Assembly: GCF_963921235.1 (NCBI RefSeq)
Contig: NC_086109.1
Span: 35,590,001 to 35,654,000, forward strand
Reading direction: 5' to 3'
Length of the DNA: 64,000 bases
Source of the DNA: Mobula hypostoma
Taxonomy: Eukaryota
Position 1 is the first letter of the stretch, and every line of letters begins with the position of its first letter. The position numbers and the translations under genes are program-made. Under the pieces are notes generated by a model that was not told the DNA's origin, ran no database searches, and saw only the letters and a program-made list of their open reading frames with translations. Below, piece by piece: positions 61,451 to 64,000 of the stretch.

Positions 61451-62067
61451 CGTGCACTTTTCAATAATAGCTTCAACTCCTATATCTTTGAGTTACCTAA
61501 TTTTAAATGATGAAAAATGACTTAAATATTACTCTGTTATACTTAATGGTTTCAATATTTTTGCTTCATAACAGATTTTTAAAAGACAGTTCCATTTATA
61601 GATTAAAATAAATGAGCAATGCAATTAATACTAACTTGCACAGTTGATCTCCGGTTCATACCTGTTGTATTGAGAAAATGGGGTCGAGCTAGTGGAAATT
61701 AGTGGCCGATAAAGCAAATAGAGTATATTGGAACTTATTTCATGATCAAACACATTTTAAAATTCATTTATTAGCCTCAATTTGGCTAATTGTATCTACT
61801 AATGAAGAGAGATGCTTTTAACACAGATTTTATCTTTGACTTACAATGCGAACTTAGTGTGATTCTCACTAAAGGATTGATAACTCATTTAAAGCAAATT
61901 TTAACACCATGGCAACAGTGCCTCTGTCCTCACTTGCTATAAAGTGATTTGCAGCAGAAATTAGTTTAGGGTTCACCGGTACTTTTGTTCTGTAGGTAAA
62001 TAGTATAGATTGTTGTGTGCATTATTTCAACATATAATCATTTTAAAAACATGTTGCTATTACAAGT

Positions 62068-63690
62068 ACATAGAACATAGAATAGTACAGCACAGTACAG
62101 GCCCTTTAGCCCACAATGTTGTGCCGACCCTCAAATCCTGTCTCCCATATAAGCTCCCACCTTAAATTCCTCTATATACCTGTTTAGTAGTCTCTTAAAC
62201 TTCACTAGTGTATCTGCCTCCACCACTGACTCAGGCAGTGCATTCCATGCACCAACCACTCTCTGAGTAAAAAACCTTCCTTTAATATCCCCCTAGAACT
62301 TCCCACCCCTTACCTTAAAGCCATGACCTCTTGTATTGAGCAGTGGTGCCCTGGGAAAGAGGCACTGGCTATCCGCTCTACCTATTCCTCTTATTATCTT
62401 GTACACCTCTATCATGTCTCTTCTCATCCTCCTTCTCTCCAAAGAGTAAAGCCCTAGCTCCCTTAATCTCTGATCATAATGCATACTCTCTAAACCAGGC
62501 AGCCTCCTGGTAAATCTCCTCTGTACCCTTTCCAATGCTTCCACATCCTTCCTATAGTGAGGTGACCAGAACTGGACACAGTACTCCAAGTGTGGCCTAA
62601 CCAGAGTTTTGTAGAGCTGCATCATTACATCGCGACTCTTATACTGTATCCCTCAACTTATGAAAGCTAACACCCCATAAGCTTTCTTAACTACCCTATC
62701 CACCTGTGAGGCAACTTTCAGGGATCTGTGGACATGTACCCCCAGATCCCTCTGCTCCTCCACACTACCAAGAATCCTGCCATTTACTTTGTACTCTGCC
62801 TTGGAGTTTGTCCTTCCAAAGTGTACCACCTTACACTTCTCAGGGTTGAACTCCATCTGCCACTTCTCAGCCCACTTCTGCATCTTATCAATGTCTCTCC
62901 GCAATCTTTGACAATCCTCTACACTATCTACAACACCACCAACCTTTGTGCCATCTGCAAACTTGCCAACCCACCCTTCTACCCCCACATCCAGGTCGTT
63001 AATAAAACTCACAAAAAGTAGAGGTCCCAGAACAGATCCTTGTGGGACACCACTGGTCACAATCCTCCAATCTGAATGTACTCCCTCCACCATGACCCTC
63101 TGCCTTCTGCAGGCAAGCCAATTCTGAATCCACCTGGCCAAACTTCCCTGGATCCCATACCTTCTGACTTTCTGAATAAGCCTACCGTGTGGAACCTTGT
63201 CAAATGCCTTACTAAAATCCATATAGATCATATCCACTGCACTACTTTCTTCTATATGCCTGGTCACTTCCTCAAAGAACTCTATCAGGCTTGTTAAGCA
63301 CGATCTGCCCTTCACAAAGCCATGTTGACTGTCCCTGATCAGACCATGATTCTCTAAATGCCCAGAGATCCTATCTCTAAGAATCTTTCCCAACATCTTT
63401 CCCACCACAGATATAAGGCTCACTGGTCTATAATTACCTGGACTATCCCTACTACCTTTTTTGAACAAGGGGACAACATTCGCCTCCCTCCAATCCTCAG
63501 GTACCATTCCCGTGGACAATGAGGACATAAAGATCCCGGCCAGAGACTCAGCAATCTCTTCCCTTGCCCTGTGAAGCAGCCTCGGGAATATTCCGTCAGG
63601 CCCCGGGGACTTATCCGTCCTAATGTATTTTAACAACTCCAACACCTCCTCTCCCTTAATATCAACATGCTCCAGGACATCAACCTCACT
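62068..63690 (-). mobile_element. Young 5'-truncated CR1 LINE
   Basis: ORFs 62653-63645 and 62293-62625: KSPGPDGI, NYRPVSL, DFSKAFDKVPH, PQGSVLGP; near-identical to 20733-21990. Confidence 0.95.
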
Positions 63691-64000
63691 AAGGGAGATT
63701 GTTCAAATTGATTAGCAACGCTTTTCCAAGGTTAGGTCAAACAGCGGCAAGTTTGCGATGTAAAACAATAAATATTTGAATAGGGTTACAAGAATTGCAC
63801 ATTTTTTATATATTCCATGAACATCACTGAAATAAAAGGTAGTCATTTCTGAATTTAGGTTTAAGTATTAAAAAATCTCTGGGTTATTTAATGAATATCA
63901 GAAGAACATTGTGTTCCTCTGATAATACAATACAGGACTAGAATTGTATAAACAAGAAAGCCTAAATACATAGTCCAGTTATGTGAAATCAATCTCAAAG

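Overview
Eukaryotic, repeat-dominated intronic or intergenic DNA with no confidently identifiable host gene. The repeat mix (CR1, Rex1/Babar, RTE, L2, V-SINE/HE1-like and DeuSINE-like remnants) suggests a cartilaginous fish, probably a ray or shark; this is an inference. Most ORFs in the track are fragments or shadow frames of transposable elements. The standout region is 27.1-32.3 kb, a cluster of young Neptune-type Penelope-like retroelements (RT + Cys-rich linker + C-terminal GIY-YIG). It comprises a 2.9-kb copy with ~910-bp inverted arms inserted, with a perfect 12-bp TSD, into an older copy of its own family, plus a second young copy ~120 bp away. The three young pLTRs each carry an intact minimal type-I hammerhead ribozyme, and about ten decayed hammerhead-pLTR remnants are scattered through the window. 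Other notable structures are a triple nest of hAT DNA elements (32.5-34.2 kb), a CR1>Rex1>solo-LTR nest (41.7-45.1 kb), a Gypsy gag/RT fossil missed by the ORF track, and a near full-length CR1 with tandem 5' monomers and an esterase ORF1. Boundaries of old elements are approximate (tens of bp).
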